Assembly: GCA_013239625.1 (NCBI GenBank)
Contig: MU053493.1
Coordinates: 186,001-250,000, forward strand
Source: Lama guanicoe
Lineage: Eukaryota
Direction of reading: 5' to 3'
Length of the DNA: 64,000 nt
Positions 63,036 through 64,000 of the stretch are shown piece by piece (the first letter of the stretch is position 1; every line of letters begins with the position of its first letter). Below the pieces are notes generated by a model, which was given only the letters and a program-made list of their open reading frames with translations, was not told the origin of the DNA and searched no databases. The translations under genes were made by a program, and so were the position numbers.

Positions 63036-63641
63036 TGAATGGTCAATTCTTCTACATGAGCTCTGAATGAGCAAATATTTTAATTAAGTAACTAATGGAT
63101 TTTACTATGGAACCACTGCATAGTATGAGGACTCTGCACACACCACTCCCATAAATTTCTCTGTTGTCTGAGAAAGCATGCTCAACTGGATGGAGTTATG
63201 TCTGTCTTCTTCACAGCAAAGGTCTCATGTAATATCTTCACTTTTATTCCAACAAATTCTAATTAGGCAGTGGAATTAAGGAAAGGTGTCAGATAAGCCT
63301 CCTACCCAATCACTCAGCCTGGACAACTCAATGTCTTTCCACAAAAAAAGCCCACTTTCTTTCAACCAGAATCCCTCCAGTATCTTTTAATTGGGTGGGC
63401 ATTCTTCCAGTATCTTTTGAATAGGGGTTCAGGTACCTGTTAAATACCAAAAATAAAAGTCAGGATCATCAACCAATATAGGAGAGCTGAGAACAAGAAG
63501 GGACTCTACCAAACTTGTCTGGACTCTTCAAGGTGGCAGATGGGCATAATAGGCCTTTGCCGGTACTAAGCTCTGGGTCCTTGTAGAGTTAAAGTGATAA
63601 GGAGATGCCTGCTCTTGGTCCCTTCATTGGAGTAACAAAAC

Positions 63642-64000
63642 TGTTGACTGAAAAAATGCACAATGTGAGAATTGTGAGTTCTGTATTATTTTGGGCAGGA
63701 TGATGGTTGTAGCCTGGGAGGCAGCCTCTTAGATAGCTCTGAGAAATTGCTCTGAAGAGACAAGGAGGAAGGACAGTACACATGTGACTTTGGTGAAGGG
63801 AGGTAACTGCAGTCAAACACATTTTGGCAGAAGGTTACTGCTAGTCATAGGAATGTTGCTGCTAGTCATGAAGAGAAAACGTCTCTGCTAATGACTTAGT
63901 GCTTTTCTAGATATGAGAAATGCAAAAATTGGATTCATAAAATCTTTTCCTGAAAGTAACTAACTATCTGAAGGCCTGTTCTGCCAGTTTTTCCCCTTAG
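63642..64000 (-). mobile_element. MER41-like ERV1 LTR (runs off the right edge)
   Basis: tgttgactgaaaaaatgcacaatgtgaga..gcctgggaggcagcctct..gctctgagaaattgctc resembles laurasiatherian MER41-type LTRs. Confidence 0.6.

Larger units (their letters stand above)
60000..63641 (-). mobile_element. MER4-group ERV internal region ending at a PBS-like site
   Basis: 60000-61100 resembles 13490-15660; degenerate PBS (ttttgttactccaatgaagggac on minus) next to the LTR at 63642. Confidence 0.55.

Overview
Mammalian genomic DNA, most likely a camelid (a vic-1-like tRNA-derived SINE sits at ~60.3 kb). It is almost entirely transposon-derived and contains no intact host gene. Contents: two processed TUBA1A pseudogenes (652-2291 and 50597-52952, minus strand); two LTR-bounded class I ERV proviruses (PBS-His, 5554-12024; PBS-Thr, 24726-32945); ERV-L/MLT2 and MER67/MER4-group remnants; a Tigger1 derivative; and about 15 LINE-1 insertions, including 5'-inverted copies and two 3' transductions. 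The main hidden structure is that the same ERV-L | MER67-like LTR junction recurs at 18168, 33067 and 50117. Together with the duplicated tubulin retrocopy, this indicates an ancient, heavily decayed tandem amplicon of at least four units spaced ~15-18 kb apart, each later hit by different insertions. The PBS-Thr provirus also carries a degenerate pre-gag reading frame and an atypical short glycoprotein region in place of a full env. Family names were assigned by recognition and hand alignment, without a database search; boundaries of old elements are approximate.
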